The notes beneath the pieces are model-generated. The model worked only from the letters and a program-made list of their open reading frames with translations, was not told the DNA's origin and ran no database searches. From Phaeosaccion multiseriatum (lineage: Eukaryota; Protista; Ochrophyta, other classes): 64,000 bases of DNA. The DNA is taken from the NCBI GenBank assembly GCA_965112735.1, contig OZ218961.1, forward strand, positions 248,001 through 312,000. The letters run 5' to 3'. Each line of letters begins with the position of its first letter. Positions within the stretch are counted from its first letter, which is position 1. A program made the position numbers and the translations under genes. Of this stretch, positions 62,419 to 64,000 are shown piece after piece.

Positions 62419-63008
62419 TATTTCGTCGAAATGGGTCTTGGGATAAAGGCGAGTAAGTAAGCAAAATAGGAGGAACTGCTGGTCGGAGCTGATAAGTTGC
62501 TGAAGAAGAGGGGGGTGGAAGGAAAGCGGAGCGGAGCAGCGAGACAGAGAGAGAGAGTGTGTGAGCGGCTGTGGAGGAAGGGCAGCAGCAGAGAGACCAG
62601 ATGGCCAGCATGATCACATATTAACTCCTCCTAATCCTCTTCCCCCGTCTTGCTCCCCCCTCAAAGAGAGGGGCGGGCAATCTCCGGTAGCAGGCACTTA
62701 CCAGCGCCAGCAGAATCCTTTCTTTGTATCAGGCTCACCCCCTTCCTAATGCTGCCTACTTTATTCACGCGTGGGAGGTCTTCTTGCGGCCCGTATATCT
62801 TGTATGGAGCTCCGGGCCTGGGCAGGCCCACCATCTGTGAGTCTGGATGTCGAGGCCCTGAGGCAGGCAGTCCAGCCAGCTCCTCAGGAAGCTGCAAGCT
62901 TCATCCGTGTGATGCCTTCCCTCGACCAACCCCCCTGGCCACCTTTGACAGCCCTTCGCTGACACACACACACACACACACACACACTGACACACATAAA
63001 TCTTAGGT

Positions 63009-63087
63009 TCGACCACATTCTCGATAGCAGGTAGCATGCCGGCTGGCGCCGGCAATAGCAGATCGCAGAGAGCACGTCAGGGGTCGA
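63009..63087. mobile_element. 79-bp internally deleted MITE with tcgacc...ggtcga ends
   Basis: Flanked by direct repeat ttaggt (63003-63008, 63088-63093); contains ccggctggcgccgg and ends gtcaggggtcga, like the 4-kb element terminus gtcaggggccga. Confidence 0.7.
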
Positions 63088-63465
63088 TTAGGTTGATTTA
63101 ATTCCTGTAAGTTGCTAAAATAATAAAATTCCTTCCCCTGACTTCCCTCAATCTCAGTCTGGCATGTCTCGCTGCCGAAGTCCTCGTCGAACCATATATA
63201 CGTATTCACTGAAGCCTCCCACCAGCCGAAGGGCGCAAAGTGTCCCGCGAACATGCCACAGACACGATGATGAGGGCACCTCCCTCTGCTGATAGACCGC
63301 TTGTAACAAACATTCACAGCAGCGCCTCGAAGCGCGACAGTCACAGCCGTCCATCCTGCTCTGTACTGACCCACGCTCACCGGAAGCCTCCCCAAACGTA
63401 CGCTAACTGCCCCCCCACCCCTCCCGCCATGTCTCTCTCTCCATCTGTGCGAGCTTGTTCTCCTC

Positions 63466-64000
63466 TCAGTCCTGGCAGTCGCAGGGGTGCCCATTGGCGT
63501 GCACCCACTGCTTGATGTCCTCAAAGGTTTTGCCGTCCATGTCCCATACCTCGCCCTCCCAGTTACGCCCTCCATCATACAATCTGTCCCTGATGATCTG
63601 TGGGCACGACATTGCGTCCCACGGACACTGCACTTCTTCCGATCGGAGCCACTTCAGCACAGCAAGGCTCTTACCACTCAAGACTGCCTCTCTACAGACA
63701 CTCACATCCCAGTCACAGAGGTGGCGAGCATTGGCGTGGAGCAGCTGCAGTACCTCGAGGCGGCCCCCGTGAGCTGCAATAAAAGCCCCATCGCGCCAGT
63801 CGTTATAATCATTCCGTTCCAGCACGGCTCTCGTGGGAGGATGCTCGAGAAGCCATTCCACGACGGGAACATGTCCACCGCCGCATGCATCGTTCCAAGA
63901 GATGGAATCAAAGTCTGCCCCACCGTCGTCCGACAGCAACCACGTGAGCATATCTAAGCGCCCTTTACCTGCAGCTACGGCACACATTTCGCAGCCGTTA
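63466..64000 (-). CDS. F-box-like + ankyrin-like repeat protein, copy 7 (5' part outside the window)
   Basis: Frame open from the window edge to HPCDCQD*; 3' flank duplicated with that of copy 6. Confidence 0.85.
   Translation of the reverse strand, partial: NGCEMCAVAAGKGRLDMLTWLLSDDGGADFDSISWNDACGGGHVPVVEWLLEHPPTRAVLERNDYNDWRDGAFIAAHGGRLEVLQLLHANARHLCDWDVSVCREAVLSGKSLAVLKWLRSEEVQCPWDAMSCPQIIRDRLYDGGRNWEGEVWDMDGKTFEDIKQWVHANGHPCDCQD

Overview
Eukaryotic nuclear DNA from a photosynthetic stramenopile (ochrophyte). This is inferred from a phosphoglycerate kinase with a signal peptide plus an AQA-FAP bipartite plastid presequence. Host genes are intron-rich with microsatellite-packed introns: a FYVE+SYLF (Ysc84/SH3YL1-like) protein, a class I SAM methyltransferase, a copine, a kinase-less MadBub (BUB1/BUBR1/MAD3 family) protein, plastid PGK, a Myb (TTF1/Reb1/DMTF1-like) protein, a PPR protein and two low-complexity ORFs. 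The main accessory feature is a family of seven intronless F-box-like + ankyrin-like genes: five in tandem at 6.8-23 kb and two at 61-64 kb. Their framework codons are nearly invariant while specific codon pairs are fully replaced in almost every copy, resembling a natural DARPin-like repertoire with mosaic exchange between copies. One copy is interrupted by a 4-kb DNA transposon with TCG...CGA termini and a 7-bp TSD. It encodes a decayed P-like transposase with NHL-like repeats and a PHD finger, and related MITEs occur elsewhere in the window. Also present are 5'-truncated restriction-like-endonuclease non-LTR retroelements, a short motif preceding (TG)n tracts, and a 13-mer (GTATCACCAACTG) repeated far above chance on both strands in exons and introns. 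All calls come from reading the sequence by eye; no database search or alignment program was run.
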